DNA from: Leucoraja ocellata
Lineage: Eukaryota
NCBI GenBank assembly: GCA_036785375.1
Contig: JAWMAR010000026.1
Coordinates: forward strand, 8,494,001 to 8,558,000
DNA: 64,000 nt
Direction of reading: 5' to 3'
How positions within the stretch are numbered: position 1 is the first letter of the stretch; each line of letters opens with the position of its first letter. The position numbers and the translations under genes were made by a program. Of the stretch, positions 10,637 through 23,866 are shown piece by piece. Below the pieces are notes generated by a model, which was given only the letters and a program-made list of their open reading frames with translations, ran no database searches and was not told the DNA's origin.

Positions 10637-12181
10637 CTGAGAAGCAGAGGGGCCAAACCCAATCAAAGCACATTAAAAACCAGGCAGAAAGAACTGACAT
10701 TACATTCAGAATCCTTTCTACTATTAAGCATGTATTAATTAATTCTCCATCATATTTATGGCTCTCAAATTATAATAACTCTAATATGGGGGATTTCAAC
10801 AAATATTTTCTAAAAATTCTGATATTTCCGTCTGAAGCCATCTCATTTCACTGCTTTATTGAACATCCTGCAAAGAGCTCCAGTGTATTGGTGAATTGTG
10901 ACTTATAGCTGTTAATTCTGTATCAGATACGCAAATTGACATCTGTGCTGAGAGCATTTGAATATTAATAACATTGAATAAAACTACTCATTAGTGTCCT
11001 TGCAGTGACTTTAGGTTGGCAGGTTCATAATTCCAACGTTCAGACCTCGAATACCATTTGCTCCATGTTCATTTAGTTCCTGAAATAGATTTTTAACTCA
11101 ACCTTCACTTGAACTCAATAGTCATTAATATATCCCAATGATTTTCTTTCTATATTATTGTAGGCAATCAATGAAAACAATGAGAAGGGATGATGTGAAT
11201 TCGATTATTATTACTGGAGTAAACAGGAAGAATTGGTCTCTCAGAATTCTATATCGAGGGAGGAAATGGAAAGGAGTTATGTTCTACACATTGAAAGTGA
11301 TGGAGGCAATTTGATCTGACATTGGGATGTAATGTAATGAGAGGGAATGTGAGGTAGAAAGTTGCTTTGGAGGATTTAATGCAACTGTTGTTGAGACAGG
11401 TATTGTTAAACTCCTCCCTTCTGCCCCATTGAACAAGCCTGAGAAGTTCATTGACTTCAAGAGAGCAGTTTGTCACCTTGTCCCTGTCCTTTGGTCCGAG
11501 ATGATAAACAACCCAGCCCCAGGGCAGGATAGGCACTCCAACCACACCTTGTCCTTGCTTGCTCCCCTCAGCCTGGCTATCATTTCTTTACCCTTGCTGA
11601 TCCCTGTGTTATCTGATATCCTTAAGTAAAGCAATTATTAGCCACCCTGTTTTGGTGAACTAATGCAGACCACAAAAATCCTTTTGCCCTCCAAATCATG
11701 TGACATGCTAGCACCTCCCATAATCTTTCATCTTTCCTGCAGCCTCCTTGATCCTGTATCCCATTACTGCTACAATAGTCATTCTTGTCATCTGCAACAT
11801 CCTGTGCTATCCCAACCCCTGAGCTTTGGAAGGTCTTAAGGTAGACTTTTTTTTTAATGCGAACATCAATGACTATTGTTTTCTAAAGTTATTATATATT
11901 TTTCTCAATGTGATGATGTTTTAACTTTTCATGTAAAATCTTCATTTCGACATCTGACTGAACTAAGCCAAGTGTTATAGCTTAATTGCAATTTGTTTCA
12001 TTGCTAATTATCACATGAGAGGCACACACTCAAGGAGAGATGTGTTACTTAACATTTTCAACAAGATGGAATTACCCTGGGGATTTTAGCGATTTAACAT
12101 GGGATGTCATTAGTTGATTCAGAATGTCAGGGAATGAAATGTGAGAGGGAATCAGCTTGTGACTAGAAGTAAGTCTGACAC

Positions 12182-12818
12182 ATCTGAAAGTAAGCATACA
12201 GGTACAGCAGGCAGTAAAGAAAGCTAATGGCATGTTGACCTTCATTGCAAGAGGATTTGTGTTTCGGAACAAGGAGGTCCTACTGCAGTTGTACAGAGCC
12301 TGATGAGACTGCACCTGGAGTATTGTGTGCAATGTTGGTCTCCTAATTTGAGGAAGGACATTATTGCTATTGAGGGAGTGCAGCATAGGTTCACCAGGTT
12401 AACTCCTGGGATGGCGGGACTGATATATGATGAAAGAATAGGTCGACTGGGCTTGTATTCACTGGAATTTAGGATGACAGGCTAGATGCAGGAAAATGTT
12501 CCCGATGTTGGGGGAGTTCAGGACCAGGGGTCACAGTTTAAATTAAGGGGTAGGCTGTTTAGATGAGGATAAACTTTTTCACCCAGCGAGTTGTGAATCT
12601 GTGGTATTCTCTGCCACAGAAGGCAATGCAGGCCAATTCACTGGACGTTTTCAAGAGAGAGTTAGATTTAGCTCTTAGGACTAAAGGAATCAAAGGATAT
12701 TGGGTAAAAAACAAAACTGAATACTGATTTTAGATGATCAGCCATGGTCATATTGAAAGGCGGTGCTGGCTCGAAGGGCCGAATGGCCTCCTCCTGCACC
12801 TATTTTTCTACATTTCTA
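12182..12818 (+). mobile_element. CR1-type LINE 3' fragment
   Basis: RLHLEYCVQCWSPNLRKD...; same family as 19270-20041. Confidence 0.9.
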
Positions 12819-13914
12819 AAGGAGAAGTAAAGAATTAAATAAATAAAAAAATAGATGTAGCTAGCTGAAAGGAATTTTGGCTTGCATTTCTTCATTCAAG
12901 TCCACAGTTCTTAGGATGTCCCTGATTATTTTACACCACCAGAGAAAACTTTACTGTGTAGTCACTGTTATAAAGTTGCAGATAGTGCAGGCAAATTCTT
13001 ACATAGCCATATGATTAATGATAGTTTGGTCTGGGTTTTGTTTTGGTAATGTTTTCTGAATCACACATGTCCATCAGAATACTGGGGAAGACTGCACTGT
13101 TCTACTTCTGAAACAGCAGTGCAATCTTTTACATCCAGCAGAGAAGTACATGAGGCGTGGACCTGACATCCAGCAGTGGGGCTCTCCTTCGATGCTTCAA
13201 AATGATGTCAGTTTGAACTATAAGATAGGCCCCCCAGAATGGGACACGCTCTGCTGTCAAAGGTTGAGCCAAGGCTAAAGAAAATGAGACACCAGAGATG
13301 GAGAATGTACTGCAACCTGTCAAAACAGCCCAGTCATCCCATAGATTCTAATCCCCAAGAGAATTGGGCACAAAGCGTGGATAGGTCAAATGTTCTCCTA
13401 ACTCTGTATCTCTGCATTTAACAAGATCTTAGTTTACTGCTCACTTTCCTGCCTGATCTAAAAGTACTTTGGTTCCTGTTGCGTCCATCAGTTCCAGGCT
13501 TTAACCTATTCGATGTCTGAGAATGCCTGATGATTGATGGTAGAGAATTCCAAAGGTTCACATCCTTCTGCCAAACATTCTTCAATAACAGTTCAAAATG
13601 GCTGTCCTTTACCCTGACATTTTGATGTTCATTCTGGACTCTTCGGTCTGAGGTAATAGCCTCTTCCAGTCTGTCCATCCTTCTCAAAAGCTAGCATCTC
13701 AAGGAGATTCCTCTCATCTTTCCAAACTACAAATGGTGCCGACTAATTCTCCTCAATTCAGACACAGAGAATAATCCAGGACTTATCTAAACCACTCTAT
13801 GTATAACTGCAGTAAAACTCAATTGCGTTAATGCTCCTCACCTCTTCCAACAGTCTTGTATTAAAACTATACAGGGCATTGGTTTAAATTGAGAGGGTTA
13901 AAACTAAACTTAAA

Positions 13915-14238
13915 ACTGTTCCCGATGTTGGGGAAGTCTAGAACAAGTGGTCACAGTTTAAAGATAAGGGGGAAATCTTTTAGGACCGAGATGAGAAAAA
14001 CATTTTTCACACAGAGAGTGGTGAATCTCTGGAATTCTCTGCCACAGAAGGTAGTTGAGGCCAGTTCATTGGCTATATTTAAGAGGGAGTTAGATGTGGC
14101 CCTTGGGGGTATGGAGAGAAGGCAGGTACAGGATACTGAGTTGGATGATCAGCCATGATCATATTGAATGGCGGTGCAGGCTCGAAGGGCCGAATGGCCA
14201 ACTCCTGCACCTATTTTCTATGTTTCTATGTTTCTATA
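13915..14238 (+). mobile_element. CR1-type LINE 3' end
   Basis: FPMLGKSRT...FFTQRVVNLWNSLPQKVVEASSL, near-identical to the 19270 copy; ctatgtttctatgtttctat tail. Confidence 0.92.
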
Positions 14239-15204
14239 CTTACTGGTTCCTAAATGCATGTTAAATTTCTGTTTTTCTGTTTTCTGTTTTTGACCAGTCC
14301 TCTCGACAAAAATCATTGTTATTTTTTACCCATTTAAATAGGATATTTCTCTACTCTTCACATTGAATACATACCCTTCTTTCACCATCATACACTTAAA
14401 CTGTCCTCCATTTCATGGAAATATCATCAACAATTTATTCAGGTTCAACCTATACTGATGCTGCAGCCAAGAAAGTATACCGACACCTCTACTGCCACAG
14501 AAGGATAGTGGTGGTGTAAGCAATTTTTGGATAGTCACAGGGATATGCAGGGAATGGAGTGGTATGGATCACATGTAGTCTGATAAGAGTTTGTCTTAGC
14601 TCCATGTTCAGCATAAATATTGTGGGCCAAAGGGCCTGTACCTGTGCTATACTTTTCTAAGTTTGAAAAACTTTATCAAATAGTTTTAACAGCTTTTATA
14701 AAATCTAAATTTTTCAGCATGGATCCAAAAAAAATGGTCAACATATTTTCATAAGGCAAAAAATTACCTTAAAATAGAGAACAGCATTTAAGCACAGAAA
14801 CAGGTATTTTTTCTACCATGCCCATGCCGATCACAATGCCAATCTAAACTAATGCTATCTACCTACACATGATTCACATCCATCAATTTCCTGCTTGTTC
14901 ATGTGTCTCTCAATATTTATTAACCATTCTCTCACCTTCCCTGGCAGTGTGTTCCAGGAACCTACCATGCTTTGTGTGAAAAACGTGCTTTGTAAATCTC
15001 TTTTAAACTTTCCCACCCTCTCAATTTAAACCAATACCCTCTGGCATTTGACATTTCCACCCTGGGATTATCTACCATATCTATGCTGTTCATAATTGTA
15101 TTTACTTCTTTCACGTCTTCCCTCAGTCACCAATGCTCCAGACTAAACAATCAAAGTTTGTCCAACCTCTGCTTAATGCTGATACCCTATGGTGTGATAT
15201 CAGG

Positions 15205-16435
15205 TGAGAGCGGAGGTTGGGGAGGGAGAGGAGAGGGAGAGAGGAAGGTGAAAAAGGGAGAGGGGATGGAGAAAGGGAAATGGAGGAGAGGGGTGGTTGA
15301 GAGGAAGAGGGAAGAAGTATATGAGAGAGGGAGGGAGACAAAGGGAGAGAGGACGATAGGAGAAAGAGTGGGAGATAAGGTGGGAGAGTTTGAGTAGGGA
15401 GGTGAAGCAAGAAGAGTGATTGTTTGTGGGAGAGGGAGTGAAATCTGTGAGGGAGCAATGGTGAGCCTTAGGGTGTTGGGAAAAGAGAATTAATGAGGGA
15501 AAGGGGGGAGGGATAAAGTGAAACTGAGAGAGTCGGAGGAGGAGAGAGAGAGAGAGAGCGAGCAAGAGAGAGAAAAAAAGAAAGAACATTAAATCTGTGA
15601 GATGTGGGTCAGAGCGATTGAAAAGACCTGGAAGGAAAAGGAGCAACATGAAAAGCCCAGCAGGGGATGTTTGTTGAGAGAAAAACTGTGTCAGTATGAC
15701 AGTTGTATAACTTCACAGCAGGATTGGCCATTTTTGATACACTGGGTTCAGAGAGGGGGGCTGGTTTGGGGGGAGATAGTTCTTGACATGCTGAGGGAGT
15801 GGAAGGAAAGTTGAGGAAGAGGAGAGTTTTATGAAGGAGGGGGAGCGGCTTTGAGAGCAGGAGAAATGTTGAGGAGATGAGAGGTGGTGAGGGAAGTTGT
15901 AGCGAAAGAGGAAGAGCTATGGGAGAGATGCTGAGAGAGTTGAAGTGTTGAAGGCAGGGAGAGCCAATGAAGAGCCAGGGGGTGGGGTTGAGTGCGGGAG
16001 ATGTTGAGGTAGGAACAGGTGTTGAAGGAGTGGAGGGTGTGTTGCGGGAGGAGAAAAATGTTGGGGGAGGGGAGAACTGTTGAGGGAGAGGGAGGGGTAT
16101 GTAGGGGGCAGGGGAGATGTTGTGGGAGTGGAAAGATTGTTGTAGGAGGGGAGAGGTGTTGCGCGAGTGGTGGGACGTTGAGAGAGGGGAAAGCTGTTGA
16201 GGGCGCAGAGATGATGAGGTAATGGAATGGGGTTTGAAGGAGGATGTTAAGCAAGAGGAAGGATTTGTGTGGGGGTGGGGGGAGCATTGTGAGGTGGAGG
16301 GGTGTTGAGTGAGTGGAACGGGTGTTGAGAGAGGGGGAGAGATATTGAAAGGGAGTGGGAGAGATATTGAAGGAGTGGACGGGGTGTTTGAGGACGGGGA
16401 GATCTGTTATGGGAATGAGGGGATGGGAGGGGTGT
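15205..16435. repeat. Purine-rich low-complexity tract with recurring GTTGAG/GTTGAA motif
   Basis: G/A-dominated plus strand. Confidence 0.85.
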
Positions 16436-17039
16436 GAAATTGTTCCATTCACTATTAATCTAGAAGGCTGCAGCTTGCAAGGTGAGGTCTTGTTTCTTCA
16501 GCTTGATGAGTGCTTTGTTGGAACAGATCAGGTTACAAATGAGGTGGCTGGAATGCTAAATCTAAAGAGGGGCAATTTTGTGCATCGTTTTCCAGAGACA
16601 GTGTTCTCACATAAGTCAGGACAGCGAGATGGACAGATTGAGGTCAGCTCATCAGCAATTTGGTGTCAGGACACTAACTCATCCTTATCACTTTTGTGAA
16701 TAATGAGCTGGTTCTAATGAGCTGACTTCCTCTCTAGGATGTTATTAACACATTATTCAAAAGCCGAGTGTGAGTGAGAGAGACAAAACTGAAACAATAA
16801 CCATTTGGATTTTATTATCCGAAAAAAAATATTACCACTGTGCCCAAATTGATGGCTGTCCTTGAGTTAAACCTTGAGGGTAAAGATTGACCAAAATGAA
16901 GCGGTACAAAAAATGTATTAAGATATATGTGTTGTGTAGTATTGTAATTGACCGTACTTCTAATAAAAATACAATTAAAAAAAAAAAAAAAAAAAGATTG
17001 ACCAAAGAAATACTACATAACATGTCCGATGCGACCCAC

Positions 17040-18125
17040 ATATCTCTTCCATATTCAACATCCCCTCAATACCAAATTCTCCCTCAACAGTTCTGCCACT
17101 CACTCAATCCTTTGCAACTACCTCAATATCTACCCTCTCCCTAAACACCACATCCCCTCCCTCAATACCACTCCTCTCATTAACCCCACCCACCTCCATC
17201 AACACCATCTCCGCTCCCTCAGCACTCCTTCCAACTCTTCAACAGCACCACTGGCCTTCAACAGCACCACTCTCCCTCATTACACCTCCACTCTCTAACC
17301 CCCCCCCCCCCCCCCCCCCCCCAAGTACCTCCCCCCCAAGCACTTCACCTCCCCCCATCCAGGACCTCTCCACCTCTTTCATCACATGTCCCCTCTTCAC
17401 ATCACACTTCTCCTCCCTCATTCCTCATCACACTTCCTCATCCCTCATTGTGCACCCCTCATCCTCAAGCTGCACGCCCTCTCTCACCACCCCTTCCACT
17501 CCATCAGCAACTAGACCCTTCTCACAACATTTTTCAACGTTCATTACGCCCCTTACTCTCGCTCAAAAGCTATTTCCACACTGTCCTCCCCACACATAAC
17601 ACACCTCCCTTGCCCGCAATACCCAAATCTGCGTTGCACCCTCTATATTAGAACCTCTTTCCCCTCAATGACACTCCCACCCTCTCAACACTTCTCCACC
17701 CTCACACCTCTTACCTTCTATTGGTAGCTTTGACCCTCACTGTCTCCCCCTTGCCGACAGATGTCCCCTCCCTCAATACACTTACCATCCCTCAACACAC
17801 CTTAACCTCCCCAACACACCAACATATCCACTAACACAACTTCCCCACCTCTCCCTCTCCATGCCTCCTCCTCACTTAACACACCTATTCCCCCCTCACC
17901 ACATTGTCCTCTATCAACCCATCTCCCCATCCCTCACATCTCCCCGCCCTCATCACATCTCCCTACCTCATTTCCCGCCTCCTACAACACATCTGCTCCC
18001 TCATCAAATCTCCTCCTCCGTCAACGAACCTACTTTTCCCTCAGCTCACCCTCTCCCTCCTTCATCACACCTCCCCCACCTTCAATGCACAACCCCTTCC
18101 CTCAGCACCCAATCCCTCCCTCCCT
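17040..18125. repeat. Pyrimidine-rich low-complexity tract with recurring CTCAAC/CTCAAT motif
   Basis: C/T-dominated plus strand. Confidence 0.85.
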
Positions 18126-18433
18126 CATATGATGATAAAGTGAAGTTTCATGCATTAATTAATTCATTCATTCATTCATTCATTAATTCATTCATTCAGG
18201 GAGAGAGAGGAATAGAGAAAGAGACCCACAACTGGAGGAGCCACACCTGTATAAATCTCACACCCAGACAACAACAGAGATGAACCGTTCTTGCTTCCCA
18301 CCACCCCCCCCCCCCCCCGCCCCCTCCCCCCAACCCACTAACTCTCCCCTCATGAAAGGTATGAGAGAAGAGCTAAATCCCTCACCACCCACATATTTCA
18401 GCAGCTAAGGTGGTGATGTCCTGCCAGGCTCAC

Positions 18434-18531
18434 CTTCTTGGTGTAGTCCATAGCTTTCAGAATCGATAGGTTTAATGTCTCCAAGCAGGCCAGGACATCT
18501 TCGTAATCACCCATGTGGGAGGCAAAGTAAT
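18434..18531 (-). CDS. NECAB2: NECAB2 exon 5 (98 nt)
   Basis: cgcag|AT TAC...AAG AAG|gtgagc = (D)[32 protein letters not shown]. Confidence 0.96.
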
Positions 18532-18628
18532 CTGCGGGGATGGAACACACAGCATGGGTAATAAAGTTCACAGCATGTTCCCATCTCCAGGTTCACATTG
18601 AAAACAGCTTCAATCCATAACCTATGTT

Positions 18629-18936
18629 TGGCACGGTGGTGCAGTGAGTAGTACTGCTACCTCATGGTGCCAGAATCCTAGGTTTGATCCTGACCACTGG
18701 TGCTGTCTGTGCGGAGTTTGGCAGTTAGGTTTCATCCAGGTTCTCCAGTTTCCTCCCACATCTCAAACATGTGTGAGTTGGTAGGGTAATTGGTCACTAT
18801 AAATTACCCAGTGTAGGTGAATGCATAGAACCTGAAGTTTAAAAAATGGGATTAATGTACGACTAGTGCAGATGGGTTTAGGGTCAGTGTGGACTCTGTG
18901 GGCCAAAGGGGCCTGTTTCCTTGCTGGATCTTTCTG
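18629..18936 (+). mobile_element. tRNA-derived SINE (HE1-like)
   Basis: ggcacggtggtgcagtgagtag...ggtttgatcc...ggggcctgtttcc. Confidence 0.85.
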
Positions 18937-19118
18937 TGACCACCACCACTATCATCAACTGCACCCTGTGAGATTCTTCACCAAAACAGAGGAAACAGGA
19001 GCAGGATTTGACACCTCCGTCCTTTGTTTCTGCTGTGCCATTGCTCATGGCCAATCTTGCACCTCAGCGTTTTCCTGCATTATCTCCATATCATGCTGGT
19101 TTAAACCTTCCCAAGTAG

Positions 19119-20200
19119 GGCGACACAGGGGCACCCTGTGAATTGAGAGTTGAGTTGCTGCCTTACAACGCCAGAGACCCGGGTTCGATCCTGACTATGG
19201 GTATTGTCTGGAAGGAGTATGCACATTCTCCCTGTGACCCCATGGGTTTTCTCTGGGTGCATTGGTTTCATAGAAACATAGAAAATAGGTGCAGGAGTAG
19301 GCCATTCGGCCCTTCGAGCCTGATCACCTTCGAGCCTGATCACATTCAATGTGATCATGGCTGATCATCCAATCAGTATCCTGTACCTGCCTTCTCTCCA
19401 TACCCCCTGATCTCTTCAGCCACAAGGGCCACATCTAACTCCCTCTTAAATATAGCCAATGAACTGGCCTCAACTACCTTCTGTGGCAGAGAATTCCAGA
19501 GATTCACCACTCTCTGTGTGAAAAATGTTTTTCTCATCTCGGTCCTAAAAGATTTCCCCCTTATCCTTAAACTGTGACCCCTTGTTCTGGACTTCCCCAA
19601 CATTGGGAACAATCTTCCTGCATCTAGCTTGTCCAACCCCTTAAGAATTTTGTAAGTTTCTATAAGATCCCCCCTCAATCTTCTAAATTCTAGCGAGTAC
19701 AAGCCGAGTCTATCCAGTCTTTCTTCATATGAAAGTCCTGACATCCCAGGAATCAGTCTGGTGAACCGTCTCTGTACTCCCTCTATGGCAAGAATGTCTT
19801 TCCTCAGATTAGGAGACCAAAACTGTACGCAATACTCCAGGTGTGGTCTCGCCAAGACCCGTACAACTGCAGTAGAACCTCCCTGCTCCTATACTCAAAT
19901 CCTTTTGCTATGAATACTAACATACCATTCGCTTTCTTCACTGCCTGCTGCACCTGCAAGCCTACTTTCAATGACTGGTGTACCATGACACCCAGGTCTC
20001 GTTGCATCTCCCCTTTTCCTAATCGGCCACCATTCAGATAATGGTTTCCTCCCACATTCAAAGATGTGCAGGTTTGTAGGCTAATTGACTTCTGTAAATT
20101 ACCCCTAAGGTGTAGGATAGAACTAGTGTTCTGGGTGATTGTTGGTTGGTTGACTCGATGGGCCGAAGGGCCTGGTTCTATGCTGTATCTCCAAACTCTG
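19119..20200 (+). mobile_element. tRNA-derived SINE split by a CR1 insertion
   Basis: Head 19119-19269, tail 20042-20200; TSD AAGTAG at 19113-19118 and 20201-20206. Confidence 0.85.
19270..20041 (-). mobile_element. Young CR1-type LINE 3' fragment (ORF2 C-terminus plus tail)
   Basis: RDLGVMVHQSLK...RPHLEYCVQFWSP...LYSLEFRRLRGDLIETYK...FFTQRVVNLWNSLP; (TTCTATGT)n tail; TSD TGGTTTC at 19263-19269 and 20042-20048. Confidence 0.95.
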
Positions 20201-21130
20201 AAGTAGCACGAACAAATCTCACAGCAAGGATATTGGTGCGTCTCCAGTTCAGGTGCAACCCGTTCCTCTTGTGGTGGTCACTTCTGCCCCAGAAGAGATC
20301 CCAAAGTTCCGAAAATCAGAATCCCTGCCCCCTGCACCAACTCCCCAGCCACGCATTAATCTGCCCTTTCCTTCTATTGCTACCCTCAGTAGTAAGTGGC
20401 GGCGGTTGTAATCCAGACATATCCACGTTCGAGGTCCTGCATTTTAATCTTTTGCTTAACCCGATATTCACCCCACTGGACCTCAAACCTTTTCCGACCT
20501 ACTGTATGTAATTTGTGCCGACGTGCATAACAACCTCTGGCTACTCACCCACCCCCTTGAGAATATTCTGCAGCCACACGGAGGCATCCAGGGCCCTGGC
20601 ACCAGGGAGGCAGCAGACCATCCTGAAGTCTCGTTTGTTACCACAGAATCTCCCGTCTGTCCCCCTATCGAGTCTCCTACCTGTATCGCTCTGCCTGACC
20701 TCACCCTACGCCACTCTGCCTCAGTGCCAGGCCCGGTGTCACTATCCAGGCTGCTGCTGCTGCTCACCCCTGAACACTCATCCCCCTCAAGATTATGCAA
20801 AGTGGTATATCTGTTTTGCAGGGGAATGGCCACTGTGGATTCCAGAACTATTTTCCTACTCCCTTTCCTGCTGGTCACCCATCTATTCTCTATCTACACC
20901 TTTGGTCTGACCACCTCTCAATAGCACCTAACTATGACTTCCTCTCTCGTCCGGATGAGCCTGAGGTCGTCCAGTTGCAGCTCCAGTTCCCTATCACGTT
21001 CTTTGAGGAACTGCACCTGCACGCACCTCCTGCAGATGCAGTCCTTAAGGACACTGCCCATCTTCTTGAGTTCCCACATCCCATAGGTCGAGCACTCCAC
21101 TGCACTACTTTCCATTCCACCTTACTAGGG
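20201..21130 (-). mobile_element. CR1 ORF1 remnant (Zn-finger/leucine zipper plus SGNH esterase-like region)
   Basis: VECSTYGMWE...CICRRCVQ...ELELQLDDLR; IPLQNRY; RAIQVGDS; stops and frameshifts. Confidence 0.8.
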
Positions 21131-22192
21131 CCAAGTTGCACACTGAAACAAACAGAACGTGACAGACCAAACCTCATCCTGCCCTTGTAGAAGCCTCCTC
21201 ACGCAGAAACCTCCTGAGCCACGGCCTCAATACCCACTCTTACTCTGCCCACTCTCACTATGGCCACTTCACCTCCGCTTACTTTCCTTTTATTGACTAA
21301 TTGGGCAACCTGTGAAACTTGACATTTCAGCTTGCTCCGCGCTCCCAGGGAAATCCCGACAGCTGAGACCACCAACACTGAGACTTGATATTTTACCTTG
21401 CTCCTCTTCTCCAGAGAAATCCTGACAGCTTCCCCACTGATTTCAATTCAGAGAAAGACTACCAAGGACTGAAGTAGCTATCTATTAATCAAGAATGTTT
21501 TAAGTGTTTATTTATATCTTTTCTCTTGTATTTTGTAACATTTATGACTCATAGACCTTTGCACAATATCTGTAGTTGTTGGAGATCAATCATTCCAAAA
21601 CATTCCCTGCCCTCCTGCCCCACTTCTTCCATTCACTCCTCCACACCCTGTCCATACCCTGGGCTCCCACATTTCTTTTCCCTTCCTGTTCACTTCTAAA
21701 CACCATTTCTCCTTCAAGTTCCATATTTCACTCACCATCTCCATTCCTTAACAGGTTCCACCATTTTCACCCCTTTTGTCTTCTCCACGCAAAACCTCCA
21801 GCTTTAATTATTATCTCTGCCCTCCTCTCTCCTGCCCAACTCATCTGGCAATCAACCCTTCCTCAGCTGGATCCACCTATCACTAGCTCCTGTTTTACCC
21901 CTTCCCCTCTATTGGATAGTTATATGGACGGGAAAGGAACGGAGGGTTATGGTCTGAGTGCAGGTAGATGGGACTAGGGGAGAATAAGCGTTCGGCACGG
22001 CCTAGAAGGGCCGAGATGGCCTGTTTCCGTGCTGTAATTGTTATATGGTTATATGGTCTGAAGAAGAGTCCCTACCCAAAACTGTCTGTCCATTTCCTCC
22101 CACAAACACTGCCTGACCGGCTGAGTTTGTTCAGAGACAGAAGTAACTCAGCAGGCCAGGGAGCATCTCTGGAGAACATGGATAGATAATAT

Positions 22193-22366
22193 CAGCGGGT
22201 GCAGCAGCATCTATGGAGCAAAGGAAATAGGCAACGTTTCGGGGAAGGGTTTTGGCCCGAAACGTTACCTATTTCCTTTGCTCCATAGATGCTGCTGCAC
22301 CCGCTGAGCTTCTCCAGCATTTTTGTGTACCTTCGATTTTCCAGCATCTGCAGTTCCTTCTTAAAC
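22193..22366. mobile_element. Fold-back Penelope-derived element nested in an older related element (about 22140-22562)
   Basis: Inverted arms; 17-bp TSD ACATGGATAGATAATAT at 22176-22192 and 22367-22383. Confidence 0.85.
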
Positions 22367-23169
22367 ACATGGATAGATAATATTTTGGGTTGAGAACCTT
22401 CTTCAGACTGATTTTGGTAGGTGGGAGAAACCACACCCTGACCAATCCTTCTGAAGAAAGGTGACGACGAAGGAAATGTCACCCATCCATGCTGCCTGAC
22501 CCGCTAAGTTATTAAAGTACTTTATGTCTTTTTTTTAGTGAACCAGCATCTGCAGTTCCTTGTACAGTTCATTTCTTGCTCAAGATTCCAAAATTTACAG
22601 TCTCTTGCATCTCTACCCACCAACTACATTTGTTTTAAAGATTTTTGAGTGTTTTTTCAAAGTCGGAAACATTTATTGTCTTTGACAGCCACATAGGCCA
22701 GGGACACTGTTTTATCAGCTAGCAATGGCTTTTACAGCTATTTTGAGGGTGAGGCTTACACACATGGTTCCAATGCAAACAGATGGTTCAGTTAATTGGA
22801 CAGGAGCTGGCTTCTACTTGCAAGTTCTCTGTTGTGGGGAGCTGATCCAAAACTTGTTGACGATAAATACTACACTGTCACTATCACACGTGGGAAGTCC
22901 AAAGCTGTTATAAATCTGATACATCTGGTTAGAAATCCAGGAAGAACTTATTTCCAAAGACTTGCCCTTTCTGATTCCTGGCAACGTTACCTGAAGTAAA
23001 GTTGCAGTGGTATTTTATTGCAGTATATCATTTTGCTTAAAGGCAGATCATCTGTTTTCATCACTTTCTATCAGGAATAACTATGGGCCTGTGATTGTGG
23101 GACAGATTGGAGCCATAGATGCCTTGTGTCCAATTGGGAGACAGGGGATGGGGGAAGGGGAACAAGACA

Positions 23170-23470
23170 GTGGCACAGCTAGTAGACCACTGCCTCACAA
23201 CTACAGACACCCGAGTTCAATCCTGACTGTGTGCTGTCTGTGTGTGAAGTTTGGATATTCTCCTAAAGATTGCAATGGTTTCCTCCAGTTTCCCCCAACA
23301 CCCAAACTCACGTGGGTCAGTAGGTTAACTGGCCATGTGTGTGAGTCATAGAATATGGGGGGGGGGGGGGGGTTGTTGAGACGGTGGGTGAATAAAATGG
23401 GATTAGTGTAGGATTGGTGCAAATGAGTGGGTGATGTTTGTCAGGGACTCGATAGACTGAAGGGGCCTCC
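23170..23470 (+). mobile_element. Degenerate tRNA-derived SINE
   Basis: gagttcaatcctgact B-box; same internal domain as the other copies. Confidence 0.75.
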
Positions 23471-23840
23471 ACTACTTCCTCTGGCGGCACATTTTGGATA
23501 CACATCACCCTTTTTGTAGGGGAAAAATATTGCTCTCAGGTTGCCTTTACATCTTACCCCCCTCATTTTAACCCTTTGACACTAATTTTACTCCTCTACC
23601 CTGGGGGAAAAAAACAAAACGGTGGCTATTTACAGTACCTATCTACGCCCCACGTTATTTTATAAAATGAGGGAGGAGGGACTCTTCAGCTGTTTACAGT
23701 GGTCATGGAAAAGGAAAGCCAGGTAAACTGTAGCCAATGGCATTGGGCCCAAATTGCGCCCCCCCCCCCCCTGCCCCTGACAACCAGGCCTGAGCACCAG
23801 GCAGACAACTGCAAAGAGGCATCGGGGTTGCCTGACTTAC

Positions 23841-23866
23841 CACAGAGCTCCTTTGTATCCACGTGA
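23841..23866 (-). CDS. NECAB2: NECAB2 exon 4 (26-nt microexon)
   Basis: acag|TCACGTGGATACAAAGGAGCTCTGTG|gtaagt = (N)HVDTKELC(D); completes the EF-hand 2 loop DLDNTNHVDTKE. Confidence 0.95.

Noticed and set aside
15083-18283. Long Pro/Ser/Leu/His- or Gly/Glu-rich ORFs
   Set aside because: Products of low-complexity purine/pyrimidine tracts; no splice or domain support.
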